A program made the position numbers and the translations under genes. A stretch of 64,000 nucleotides of DNA from Candidatus Thorarchaeota archaeon (GTDB lineage Archaea; Asgardarchaeota; Thorarchaeia; Thorarchaeales; Thorarchaeaceae): positions 64,001-128,000 of the forward strand of contig JBHLQH010000006.1 in assembly GCA_048884965.1 (NCBI GenBank), read 5' to 3'. The notes beneath the pieces were generated by a model. The model ran no database searches and was not told the DNA's origin. It saw nothing but the letters and a program-made list of their open reading frames with translations. Below, one piece after another: positions 20,930 through 30,324 of this stretch (positions within the stretch are counted from its first letter, which is position 1; each line of letters opens with the position of its first letter).

Positions 20930-21964
20930 ATGAATAGTGAAGAGAGAGAAGTTAGCAAGCTCAAAGCGTATTTCTTGGAACTACGTGCACCTTTTCTTAC
21001 GGCATCAATTTCACCTGTGTTACTTGGGACGGCAATAGCTTGGGCATTGACAGGTATCTTTCTAATTGATGTGTTTCTCCTGACATTGATCGCAGGCGTA
21101 TGCCTTCACATTGGTGCAAATGTATCAAATGACTACTTCGATCACACCACAGATAATACGGGCTCAGACGACATTAACACGGAGTTCGTTCGGCCCTTTA
21201 CAGGTGGAAGCAGGATGATACAGTTGGGGTATCTCTCACCTAGGGAGGTCTTGATTGAAGCATTCGTTTTCTTCGGTATTGCAGGAGCTATTGGTGTCTA
21301 CCTTGCGTTTACACGAGGATTCCTGATTTTGGTTCTTGGAATCATAGGTGCTGGCTCCGGATTCTTCTATACCGCCCCACCTTTCAGATTTGTAAAGAGG
21401 GGTATTGGAGAAGTCTTCATAGGTCTGAATTTTGGAGTTCTCATGACTTTTGGTTCATACTATGTTCAGGCATTGGATATTGCTTTGGAACCCATTCTTG
21501 CATCGGTGCCCACTGCACTTCTTATTGCAGCTGTCCTGTATATCAATGAGTTTCCTGATTTTATTGCAGATCGGGACTCTGGCAAAAGAACCATTGTTGT
21601 AAGACTTGGACGGGCTAGGGCCGCTAAAGGATATGCATTGATCATCGCCATTACTTTTTCATGGATAGTTATTTGTGTGCTTATGCAACTTATTTCATAT
21701 GAGTCCCTTCTTGCTCTTACACTTCTACCCATTGGATATGTTGGGGTGCGTACTGCCCTAAAAGAATATGAAACGCCTAATCGGATGGTCCCAGCAAATG
21801 CTGCGACCGTGTTACTACACCTCTTGATAACGTTGTATCTCACGTCTGCATACATCTTGAAGGGATTCATGGTGGATTTTCTCATACTCATTGTTGCTGG
21901 AGTCATCATGCTACTAATCTGCTTCACCCAATACAGGACACTTATTCGCCCGCCTCCAGCTTAG
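20930..21964 (+). CDS. menA: 1,4-dihydroxy-2-naphthoate polyprenyltransferase (UbiA superfamily)
   Basis: LRAPFLTAS, NVSNDYFD, GGSR, YTAPP, GIGE, NEFPD-ADRDSGKRTIVVRLG. Confidence 0.88.
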   Translation: MNSEEREVSKLKAYFLELRAPFLTASISPVLLGTAIAWALTGIFLIDVFLLTLIAGVCLHIGANVSNDYFDHTTDNTGSDDINTEFVRPFTGGSRMIQLGYLSPREVLIEAFVFFGIAGAIGVYLAFTRGFLILVLGIIGAGSGFFYTAPPFRFVKRGIGEVFIGLNFGVLMTFGSYYVQALDIALEPILASVPTALLIAAVLYINEFPDFIADRDSGKRTIVVRLGRARAAKGYALIIAITFSWIVICVLMQLISYESLLALTLLPIGYVGVRTALKEYETPNRMVPANAATVLLHLLITLYLTSAYILKGFMVDFLILIVAGVIMLLICFTQYRTLIRPPPA

Positions 21965-22430
21965 AGGACGACTTTTTTGGGCTCATCCATTTTTGAAACT
22001 TGATGCCTTTCCAATAGTGGATGATCTTTGGAACTACTTCAATGGCGACTCTTGAACCCATGGGAAATCCATATCCCAAAAAATCAAGATATTTGCTTAG
22101 ATATCTGTTTAATATAATATCTCCCATTTCGGGTATGCTAATCACCCTAGCCTTCCCTCTGAGAAGAACGCCTCTATTGCCTGCAGGAGAGTCAGGGTCT
22201 CTTTCATCAACGGTTATAGCTATGTTCGGGTTCGTCTTTATGTTCTTTAGCTTCTTGGTCTTCTCATTGGTGATAAGGTAGACCTTCTCTTCCTTCTCAT
22301 CCCAGAGATAGAACATGGTTGTGATATGCGGTTGACAACCTGGTTCTGCTGAAGAAAGATATGCGAAGAAGCCTTCATTCAAAATCCTATGTACTTCATC
22401 GGGGATATTGGGATGCAATGAATGACTCAT
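21942..22430 (-). CDS. Pyridoxamine 5'-phosphate oxidase-like split beta-barrel protein (FMN/F420/heme-binding class)
   Basis: AYLSS...PHITTMFY...KKLKNIKTNPNIAITVD...GVLLRGKA. Start moved to ATG 22430. Confidence 0.85.
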   Translation of the reverse strand: MSHSLHPNIPDEVHRILNEGFFAYLSSAEPGCQPHITTMFYLWDEKEEKVYLITNEKTKKLKNIKTNPNIAITVDERDPDSPAGNRGVLLRGKARVISIPEMGDIILNRYLSKYLDFLGYGFPMGSRVAIEVVPKIIHYWKGIKFQKWMSPKKSSSKLEAGE

Positions 22431-22437
22431 CTTTCTA

Positions 22438-23694
22438 TCACACCCTAAGTGATGTTGGACGGGCTTCACGCCAATAGGTGACGCTCTGAGGTTCCAATCT
22501 CACAAGAACTCTTGAAATCAATGGTTTGCTCTGCCATGCAAGAGGTAGATTCTGTGATTCTTCTTTGTAATATTTCGTATACTTGGGGTATTTTCGTGTG
22601 AACATTGAACGTACTCGTAGCATCGATAAACCATAGAGAAACATCCTAAATACACCAATAGGAGAAATCTCTCCGAGGATGGTTCCAGTTCCTTGCATCA
22701 ATAATGTTCTGTTGTTCATCACATTCTTTCTATCTCGCATGTCGACAAGAACTGCCATCCTATTATTTCTCCTCAGATATCGGTATTTCGCAGACTTCAC
22801 ACTGGTAGCAAAGTAAAGATTCCTTCCGTCATAAACGAAGATGACTGGAGTAGTATGAGGATCTGTTTTTGTACACACGGATGCATACGCGAACTTCTCA
22901 TTGTATAGTATGCTTTCAACATCGGGTGGAAACCATGGAATAGTTTCCATTGCGAGGAAACTAATGACGGATAAGAGGAGAACCCCTCCAAGGAATGCGA
23001 TGATTCCAAGAGTCAATAAAGGAGAGGATGTGGCGATTGGTAATAGTAGTACAGCTGATGCCACCCACAGCAGATTGACCCAATCAATTGACTTCAAAGT
23101 TTGCAATTCTGAATATGCAGTATACTCAAGACCACGTCTTCCTCTTGCTGCTCTGGCCAGACTGATGGAACGCTTGGCTGCAAAGGAAGTCGTTAGGAAT
23201 GAAAGCCACAAACGATATGCGATATCCCAAGTTAGGATTAGGATGAGAAGCACAAGGATTGGGTTTCCATAACCTATGCCAAGAAATCTTGCCAAGATAG
23301 AAGGTTCAAGTATGAATAGATAGAATGAAACTCCAATGAATGCTGCAACACTTCCAGCCAGCTCATATTTCCTATCACATAGGAGTCGATTTTTGTATGA
23401 AGCTAGAACATCAAGCTCTTCTTCGTTGGTGGGGTTCTTTAATCTGCGCAGCCAAGGAATTACGAACAGGCAGCCAGATGACCAAACTACTGTATAGATG
23501 ATGGCAAGTGTGCCAAACACAACTGAATCCAGTGGCATCTGAAAATAGAGGAATGCCAGAATACCGACAGTTTCCACTAGGAGAAGCTGCGCAAGGACCT
23601 GAAAATCTGGACGTAGCCATTTGAAGGGTGGAACGTGCTCCACGATTTCTTCATAGAGCCACTTCTTTTCTTCAAGATCCACATTTTGACACAT
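22438..23694 (-). CDS. Fusion of a ~6-TM membrane domain with a C-terminal PNPOx-like split-barrel domain
   Basis: Residues ~30-250 hydrophobic; C-terminal FAYASV...PHTTPVIFVYDG...SAKYRYLRRNNRMAVLVD is similar to the downstream gene. Confidence 0.75.
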   Translation of the reverse strand: MCQNVDLEEKKWLYEEIVEHVPPFKWLRPDFQVLAQLLLVETVGILAFLYFQMPLDSVVFGTLAIIYTVVWSSGCLFVIPWLRRLKNPTNEEELDVLASYKNRLLCDRKYELAGSVAAFIGVSFYLFILEPSILARFLGIGYGNPILVLLILILTWDIAYRLWLSFLTTSFAAKRSISLARAARGRRGLEYTAYSELQTLKSIDWVNLLWVASAVLLLPIATSSPLLTLGIIAFLGGVLLLSVISFLAMETIPWFPPDVESILYNEKFAYASVCTKTDPHTTPVIFVYDGRNLYFATSVKSAKYRYLRRNNRMAVLVDMRDRKNVMNNRTLLMQGTGTILGEISPIGVFRMFLYGLSMLRVRSMFTRKYPKYTKYYKEESQNLPLAWQSKPLISRVLVRLEPQSVTYWREARPTSLRV

Positions 23695-23743
23695 TAGCAG
23701 ACATATTCCGGATATGCCTTATGTGAGTTGCGAAATGGAGGAA

Positions 23744-24967
23744 TTATTCATAGATTTCTTCGAGACCATCCCATTCGAAACCCATTGCTTGAGCTACTAA
23801 TACGACCAAGTCCTTGGATAACTTGTTTGACCCTGCACCAGGTAATTGATTGTGCATGAAGTCGACACAAGAGGGACAATGTGACGCTACAACATTCGCA
23901 TTCGTAGCCTCGATGTCCTTGACCTTCAGATCGTTGATCTTAACGGCAAAGTCATTGTCTATTGCTCGGAGAACACCGCCTGAACCACAGCAATAGCTGT
24001 TTCCCTTGTTGTGAGGCAACTCCTCAAATACAACTCCAGGTAGATGTTCGAGAACCTTTCTAGGCTCCTCATAGAAGCCTGCGTTTCGACCTGCATCACA
24101 ACCATCATGATAGGTGACTGTCAAACCAAGGGGAGTGGTGAATTCCAACTTGTTGGCATCAAGGAGTTCCAACAGATACTCGGCACCATATACGATATCA
24201 AAGTCGTGCTCGATACCTAGGAACTCATGATACTCATGTGCCCACATCTTGTAGCATCCGGGGCAATTGGTAACAATCCTCTCAACGCCAAGTTCCTTGT
24301 ATTTCTCGATATTGTGAAGCGCGAATTTCCTTGCTGTTTCAAAATCTCCAGTCATGATCATCGGAGCACCGCAGCACCATTCTTCTTCACCAAGTAGAGT
24401 GAAGTCGACTCCTGCTTTGTCATAGATGAGAGTAGATGCTATTGTTCCCTGTATTGATACACCTTTGAAGGAGGAAGCACAGCCCATGAACAATGCTGTC
24501 TTTGCCTCTTTTCCCTGTAGGTCAAGTACCATGTCCTCGTCAGGGTGCCAGTATGACCAACCCTCAATCCTATCCATCTGAGATTGGCCCTGAATATTGT
24601 TAGTCTTCAGGAGAGTGTCCTTTGCCATCTGCAGCTCCTCTGGCCACATTCCTCTCTTTAGGAAATCATGACGCAGAAGCTGGTAGATCTTGACAAATGG
24701 GATGTCTACTTGACAGATCTCCTCACAACCTCCACATAGAGTACAACCAAAGATGGCGTCCCTGAGACCTTCTAGTCCTTGAGATGGTTTGAGTCGTCCC
24801 TGGATTAGATTCCTGGCAATGACCATCTTGCCCTTGCCAGAGTAACTATCACGCCGCTTGACCTTGTATGTCGGACAAGCTCCATTGCCTACTTGGCAGA
24901 AACTGCATTGAGCGCATGTATAAGGGATATCATGGAGTCCATGTGCTTCGAGTGTTGGGAATCGCAT
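23744..24967 (-). CDS. HdrD/GlpC-like Fe-S protein (2x[4Fe-4S] plus two CCG domains), paralog 1
   Basis: CAQCSFC...CP, CTLCGGCEEIC; CCG1 GC..WCCG..NCPGC; CCG2 HDGC..YCCG..HCPSC. Confidence 0.92.
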   Translation of the reverse strand: MRFPTLEAHGLHDIPYTCAQCSFCQVGNGACPTYKVKRRDSYSGKGKMVIARNLIQGRLKPSQGLEGLRDAIFGCTLCGGCEEICQVDIPFVKIYQLLRHDFLKRGMWPEELQMAKDTLLKTNNIQGQSQMDRIEGWSYWHPDEDMVLDLQGKEAKTALFMGCASSFKGVSIQGTIASTLIYDKAGVDFTLLGEEEWCCGAPMIMTGDFETARKFALHNIEKYKELGVERIVTNCPGCYKMWAHEYHEFLGIEHDFDIVYGAEYLLELLDANKLEFTTPLGLTVTYHDGCDAGRNAGFYEEPRKVLEHLPGVVFEELPHNKGNSYCCGSGGVLRAIDNDFAVKINDLKVKDIEATNANVVASHCPSCVDFMHNQLPGAGSNKLSKDLVVLVAQAMGFEWDGLEEIYE

Positions 24968-25072
24968 GTTCGTTACCTCGTCATTCCTGTTGAAATGTCT
25001 ATCGAAAGCATCTTACTGCGTTACACTTCGGAATACAATACTCCACAAATACCTTTCCACACCTTTCATCAC

Positions 25073-25146
25073 TTACATCATGTAAACAAAAAATCGTCCG
25101 AGAGGAAAAAAACTCTCTCTCGCTAGGTTTTTATGTTAGCGAGGTT
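25073..25146. promoter_or_regulatory. Palindromic sites in the divergent promoter between the CCG gene and the FAD-NuoB fusion gene
   Basis: TTACAT-C-ATGTAA at 25073-25085; CTCGCTA-N11-TAGCGAG at 25119-25143. Confidence 0.35.
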
Positions 25147-25194
25147 TCATTCGCTGCGTAAGGGTATCCGGACCAGTATACGGAGACGCCTCTC

Positions 25195-27135
25195 ATGGGA
25201 CTTAAGAAACGACAAATCGAGAAGCTTGCGGAACTCTTCGGAGATCGGCTCATTACTGAGAAGCACGAGTTAGTCATATTCAACACTGATGTTGGCGCCT
25301 TGCCAAAGCAAGTAGGATATATGATGAACAACAAACCTGATGCGGCAGTACAACCATTGACTCCGGAGGAGATTCAAGCTCTCTACGAAATTGCCAATAA
25401 AGAGAAGATACCTCTCGTTCCACGAGGAGCTGGGACAAGTGGGTATGGTGGTGCCATTCCACGAAAAGGTGGAATCATTGTAGACATTCGCAGGATGAAC
25501 AACATCATCGAGGTGGACAAGGAGAACCTGTCTGTTCTGGTAGAACCTGGACTCTCGTGGTCCAACCTACAGTTCGAGTTGAACCGTCAAGACTTGGATC
25601 TGCGATGCTATCCCTCATCAGGATTGGCTGCAACGATTGGAGGTTGGGTCGCTCAGGGTGGCGATGGTATTGGGTCTCTAAAGTATGGCAACATCAATGA
25701 GAATGTCCTTGAGTTTGAGGTCGTCCTACCAGATGGCAAGATAATCAAGAGTCGCGATACAGATCTCTTCTGTGACACTGAGGGAATACTGGGAATTATC
25801 ACCAAGGTCCGTTTGAAGATCAAGCCCCTTATGCCGCTAAAGGTCATCGTAGCAAGCTTCCCTGAGAACTACCAGATGGTTCTCGCAATGGAGAAGATGC
25901 TTGAGGATGGCCCATTACCTTATACTATCAAGTTTGAAGAATCAAAGTACACAGATCTCAAGAAGAAGGTCTGGGATGCTGATGAGCCCTTCCCGTTCCC
26001 CGTGCACCATGGAACAGTCATGGTCGCATACGAGGGAACAGATGAGGAGATTGAGGAAGGATTCGAGGTAGTTCGACATGTGACTGCAGAGTACAATGGT
26101 GTCGTCTACGATGAGCACGTAGCAGCGCACGAATGGCATGATCGATTCTATCCTATGCGTGTAAAGAAGGCTGGTCCTACCCTAGTTGTCGGACAGGCAT
26201 TCGCACCCCTTGAGAACCTTGAGGCTATTCTCTCTGATTTCCAGTTCGAGCAAGCCTCTGCCCAAGCGGGTATCGATGGATATGTGACCTCAAGATCAGG
26301 GGTAACTATCATGGGCTACTTCCTTGAAGACGAACGCAGAATGTTCTTCATGCTCTCCTGGTCACAAAGCTTTGTCATATTCAAGATCGCTCAACGACAT
26401 GGCGGACATCCCCACGGAATAGGGATCTGGTTCGCCAACTATGCGCCACAATACTTTGGCACACGACGACTGGCAAAGATTAGGGCTGCCAAGCTTCAGT
26501 ATGATAAGAATGAGATCTCGAATCCTGGGAAGATATTCGCATACTGGCTTCCCTTCATTCTTCGTATTGGCAAGTATTTCATGTGGATCGGTTATGACCT
26601 CTTCCGGAATGGATGGGGACGAATCGCTCCAGTGCTTTTGAAATGGCTACAGAATGTACCTCCTCTGAAGTGGATGCTCCGCTGGGGTCGTGGCCATAGT
26701 CCATGGCCTGTACAGTTCGGTCTTGGATGTTGTATGATGGACGGTGCGGCAGCTGTTGCCTCACGTTGGGACATTGAACGATTTGGAATGCTTCCACTCT
26801 TCGGTCCACGTCAGGCTGATGTGCTGTGGGTATCAGGGTCTCTGACCAAGAAGATGGCTCCACGACTTCGCAGAATCTATGAGCAGATGCCTGAGCCCAA
26901 GTATGTCATTAGCTTCGGTCAATGCGCCGCAAGTGGTGGCATGTTCTGGGATGGCTATTCTCTGATGACCCCGCCAGACAAGGTAGTGCCCGTTGATGTG
27001 TATCTGCCCGGTTGCCCACCAAAACCTGTAGATTTCGTACGAGCGCATTTGATATTACAAAACAAGATTCGCGCCGGTACAACGCACTGGCAGAGGAAGT
27101 ACGAGAATCAAGATGCAATGGGGATGATGCAATGA
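25195..27135 (+). CDS. nuoB: Fusion of a VAO/PCMH-type FAD-binding oxidoreductase (GlcD/D-LDH-like fold) with complex I subunit NuoB
   Basis: Residues 1-450: PRGAGTSGYGGA, VEPG, YPSS..ATIGGW, TEGILGIIT, NPGK. Residues ~497-630: SPWPVQFGLGCC, RWDIERFG, PRQADV, YEQMPEPKYVISFGQCAASGG, VDVYLPGCPP. One uninterrupted ORF. Confidence 0.92.
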   Translation: MGLKKRQIEKLAELFGDRLITEKHELVIFNTDVGALPKQVGYMMNNKPDAAVQPLTPEEIQALYEIANKEKIPLVPRGAGTSGYGGAIPRKGGIIVDIRRMNNIIEVDKENLSVLVEPGLSWSNLQFELNRQDLDLRCYPSSGLAATIGGWVAQGGDGIGSLKYGNINENVLEFEVVLPDGKIIKSRDTDLFCDTEGILGIITKVRLKIKPLMPLKVIVASFPENYQMVLAMEKMLEDGPLPYTIKFEESKYTDLKKKVWDADEPFPFPVHHGTVMVAYEGTDEEIEEGFEVVRHVTAEYNGVVYDEHVAAHEWHDRFYPMRVKKAGPTLVVGQAFAPLENLEAILSDFQFEQASAQAGIDGYVTSRSGVTIMGYFLEDERRMFFMLSWSQSFVIFKIAQRHGGHPHGIGIWFANYAPQYFGTRRLAKIRAAKLQYDKNEISNPGKIFAYWLPFILRIGKYFMWIGYDLFRNGWGRIAPVLLKWLQNVPPLKWMLRWGRGHSPWPVQFGLGCCMMDGAAAVASRWDIERFGMLPLFGPRQADVLWVSGSLTKKMAPRLRRIYEQMPEPKYVISFGQCAASGGMFWDGYSLMTPPDKVVPVDVYLPGCPPKPVDFVRAHLILQNKIRAGTTHWQRKYENQDAMGMMQ

Positions 27136-27692
27136 GTCGACGGTTGAACGAGGACGCAGACAGGTACTGCATGTTCTGGCTTGGTATCATGATGATGACT
27201 GCCTACTATGCAGAGTTCATCATCAAGCCCACAGTTGGGTTGATTACCTTGGGATTTGGCAACCTCGTACCTCTCCTTGGTGGTCCACTAATCATTGTTG
27301 CCGCATTCTTTGGGTATTTCGCCCCTGAGGCAAGGAGTAGGAGAGAAAAAATGCGAAAGAATACATCTTTGGCTGTAGCGATTTTCGTTGCTCTCATGTA
27401 CATGATTTTCTCATTTGTTGTATATCCTTGGGAGATGGCTGATGTTGTGTGGTATTCATTTTGGGGTATTGGCTCTGCTATCGTAACCGCAGGTGGAGCC
27501 GCGATGATCCGAATAACCACCGCTGATGAAGCATACACACCTGGTATCATGGATGTCAGTAAGCTGCATTACGGACCTCCACCCGCAGAACCTGAGGTCG
27601 AGATCGAAGCTATAACTGCAGAATCTTCTGACGAATCCAAAGAAAAATCTGAAGAGGAAATATCAGTAGCTCCAACTGAAGCTACTGAGTGA
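27132..27692 (+). CDS. Hypothetical ~4-TM membrane protein with acidic tail, translationally coupled to the FAD-NuoB fusion
   Basis: ATG 27132 overlaps the fusion stop (ATGA); four hydrophobic segments and an E-rich C-terminus. Confidence 0.7.
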   Translation: MSRRLNEDADRYCMFWLGIMMMTAYYAEFIIKPTVGLITLGFGNLVPLLGGPLIIVAAFFGYFAPEARSRREKMRKNTSLAVAIFVALMYMIFSFVVYPWEMADVVWYSFWGIGSAIVTAGGAAMIRITTADEAYTPGIMDVSKLHYGPPPAEPEVEIEAITAESSDESKEKSEEEISVAPTEATE

Positions 27693-27699
27693 TTCCCTC

Positions 27700-28065
27700 T
27701 CACTCTAGCAGCCAATTGAATGCTGCGAATGCCAACAACAGTCCAAATGCTATCCATGCGAACAAGATTATTCCTGGAAAGACATCATACATGGAAATAT
27801 CCAAGAAGAAATGAACACCGCCAGTGACGCCACAGATGGCAGTCATAGCAACTCTCGATGTGCGCGTCTTAGTATAGACAAAGAGAAATGCCGATATCAG
27901 TAAAACGATACCACTCATGAATAGGATGAATTGGTAGTATGTACTGAAATGGAATGCCTCAATTGTTGCAGGTGTGGTAAGTATATACCACAAATAGGCT
28001 CCGACAAGACTCATACCTATCAGGAGCGCAAGATAATAGAAGAATCCTCCTTCTTCTCGACTCAA
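27700..28065 (-). CDS. Hypothetical 4-TM membrane protein
   Basis: Four hydrophobic segments; fills the gap between the fusion unit and the nuo operon. Confidence 0.65.
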   Translation of the reverse strand: MSREEGGFFYYLALLIGMSLVGAYLWYILTTPATIEAFHFSTYYQFILFMSGIVLLISAFLFVYTKTRTSRVAMTAICGVTGGVHFFLDISMYDVFPGIILFAWIAFGLLLAFAAFNWLLE

Positions 28066-28418
28066 TGTTATCGGTTCTCCTTTAGTTGTACAACCGACTT
28101 TCTAGGTAGCAACTACAATATTTAACTTCTCCGAGATTCTTGCGAAGCGTTTTTAATACGGCTGTACATTCCGCCCTTCTCAAGTTACAGGTTTACGATA
28201 CACGAAGAATCCAGAGTGTCACTACGTAAACAAGCGTGATGTTTATCACTTGGTTGTATCGTCCTGTTGCTAAGCATTGATGTCAAATGAACACCACGAG
28301 AATGATTGAAGATGGTTCAGGAACAACACTTTTACCTTACCATTTGTCAGGATTGCGTCAGTCTTGTCGAAGCTGACAGACTTCTCGGGTGTCGTGAAAC
28401 AGAGGACGGTATCAGAGC

Positions 28419-28853
28419 ATGAGGTTATTCGTGGACTTCGTACCGGTATTAGTATGGGCACTACTTGCCATTGTGCTTGTAGTTGTGATGCTTTTGGCTT
28501 CATGGGTCTTGCGACCGCATGTTCTCCAGAATTCGGAGAAGCTATCATCATATGAGTGTGGTGAGGATCCAATTGGAGTAGCAAGGATATCTTACCCGTA
28601 CAACTACCTGGTATACACCATTCTATTTGTTGTGATTGATGTGATGGGTGCATTCCTATGGTTGCTGGCGGCATCTACACTAAGACTGGAAGCGATGATA
28701 GTTTGGCAGACTCTGATATTTGTCTTGATCATCATGGGCGGAATAGGTTTCGCGATGAAGCTGTTGCCACAAGCATCTCTCGATGGCAAAGAGACACTCG
28801 AGTTGTATCGTGAAACCAAGAAAGCTCGGGAGGCGACTCAATCCCATCATTAA
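28419..28853 (+). CDS. nuoA: Complex I-like subunit A
   Basis: EKLSSYECGEDP loop and 3 TM helices; FVVIDV. Confidence 0.92.
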   Translation: MRLFVDFVPVLVWALLAIVLVVVMLLASWVLRPHVLQNSEKLSSYECGEDPIGVARISYPYNYLVYTILFVVIDVMGAFLWLLAASTLRLEAMIVWQTLIFVLIIMGGIGFAMKLLPQASLDGKETLELYRETKKAREATQSHH

Positions 28854-28860
28854 GAGGTGA

Positions 28861-29502
28861 ATGATCATGCAAGAATTAGATCCATTCCTCCAACTCTTTG
28901 AGCAAGTAGAATTCTTACTCATTGCAGGCATAGTAATTGTTCTTGGCTACCTTGCACTAGAACACAAGGACATAGTCTACGCTGCTTTCTTCTTTGGTTT
29001 CATGGCAAGTATTGTTGCGGGTTTCTTCTTACTACTTGACGCACCTTACATTGCCGGTATGCAGATTGCTGTTTATACAGGTGGCATCAGTGCATTGATT
29101 ATCTTTGGCGTTCTGCTACTTCCTCGTGCGCAAGACACAAGCCTAGAGATTTTCGCATCTCCCAGTAAACGACGAATCGGTATGCTTGCAGCTGCATTCG
29201 TGATGGCATTCTCTGGTGGCCTTGCGCTTGCATTCCCATGGCCTTCTGTGATACCTGAAGGTATACCGGAGTTCTCTCAGAGCCTACAAGGTCTAGCAGA
29301 ATGGCTTTGGCAAGAACATGGTCTCTATGTGCAGATTATTGCATTGATTATCCTTACTACCCTCGTTGGTTCACTTGCCCTCCTTCAGATGGATAAGGGA
29401 GAGGCATTGAAGGGAGTCACCGCTGAATTCGGGATTGAAGCAGAGCCGGAGCCTGAGACCGATGAATACTCTGATGAAGAAATAAAGGAGGCTTCGAACT
29501 AA
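28861..29502 (+). CDS. nuoJ: Complex I-like subunit J
   Basis: DIVYAA, LDAPYIAGMQIAVYTGGI; 5 TM helices. Confidence 0.9.
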   Translation: MIMQELDPFLQLFEQVEFLLIAGIVIVLGYLALEHKDIVYAAFFFGFMASIVAGFFLLLDAPYIAGMQIAVYTGGISALIIFGVLLLPRAQDTSLEIFASPSKRRIGMLAAAFVMAFSGGLALAFPWPSVIPEGIPEFSQSLQGLAEWLWQEHGLYVQIIALIILTTLVGSLALLQMDKGEALKGVTAEFGIEAEPEPETDEYSDEEIKEASN

Positions 29503-29813
29503 TGGTCCCGCTAACATGGTATCTTGTCGTCGCCTTCATCCTGATTGGTCTTGGAGCGTATGGGATGATGGTCAAGCGGAACCTCATCCGAATTCTGATA
29601 GCTGCTGAGATTATGGGCAATGGCGTTAATGTTGCGCTCGTTTCGTTGGCTGTCTATGGCGGGTACTTCTCATACACCCCACAGGGTCTCATTATGTTGA
29701 TTATCTCGGTAGCGGCTGCTCATACCGCTTTAGCCCTTGTTCTAATGCTAATGTACAACCGTCGCTATGGTACGGTTGACTTAGGAACACCACTACAACA
29801 GGAGGTGTCCTAG
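29502..29813 (+). CDS. nuoK: Complex I-like subunit K
   Basis: IGLGAYG..KRNLIRILIAAEIM; 3 TM helices. Confidence 0.92.
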   Translation: MVPLTWYLVVAFILIGLGAYGMMVKRNLIRILIAAEIMGNGVNVALVSLAVYGGYFSYTPQGLIMLIISVAAAHTALALVLMLMYNRRYGTVDLGTPLQQEVS

Positions 29814-29814
29814 A

Positions 29815-30324
29815 ATGGGTCCGGAAGATCTAGTTCGGAAGTTCAATTCGAAGTTTCCTGAGATAGAAGCCAATGTCCAGGACAGTACTCATGTCGAGTT
29901 CACTGTGCCAAAAGGTAAGATACGTGATCTAGTAAATCTTGTAGATGAGACGTTTCCTATGGTTCTTCCTGAAACAGTCTTTGGTGTTGATCTTGGTGAT
30001 GATAAATATCAGATCAACTATATGTTCTGGTCTAGAGATAGTCGTTTGATAACTCAACTAAGAGTCAATCTGGATGGTCCAACACCATCTGTTGATTCTG
30101 TAAGCGATATCTTCCCAGCATTCGAATGGCATGAGCGTGAAACACATGAGATGTTTGGGATTATGTTCAATGGTCATCCTGACCTTCGACCACTTCTTTT
30201 ACCTGATGAGTTGGTTGGTCAGTACCCACTCCGTAAAAGTTTCCAAACAGATCGAAGTCGAGAAGACGAATCAGGTCTCGTGGTCAAAAAGCCACGCCCT
30301 GATGCTGGAGGTGGCAGTGAATGA
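29815..30324 (+). CDS. nuoC: Complex I-like subunit C
   Basis: SVSDIFPAFEWHERETHEMFGIMFNGHPDLRPLLLP...PLRK. Confidence 0.93.
   Translation: MGPEDLVRKFNSKFPEIEANVQDSTHVEFTVPKGKIRDLVNLVDETFPMVLPETVFGVDLGDDKYQINYMFWSRDSRLITQLRVNLDGPTPSVDSVSDIFPAFEWHERETHEMFGIMFNGHPDLRPLLLPDELVGQYPLRKSFQTDRSREDESGLVVKKPRPDAGGGSE

Noticed and set aside
27012-27131. N-terminal extension of the 27012..27692 ORF (and similar extensions at 643, 7029, 12907, 15685, 22469 and 41756)
   Set aside because: These overlap upstream genes or terminators, or precede better starts supported by SD-like sequences, gene coupling or family-typical N-termini.
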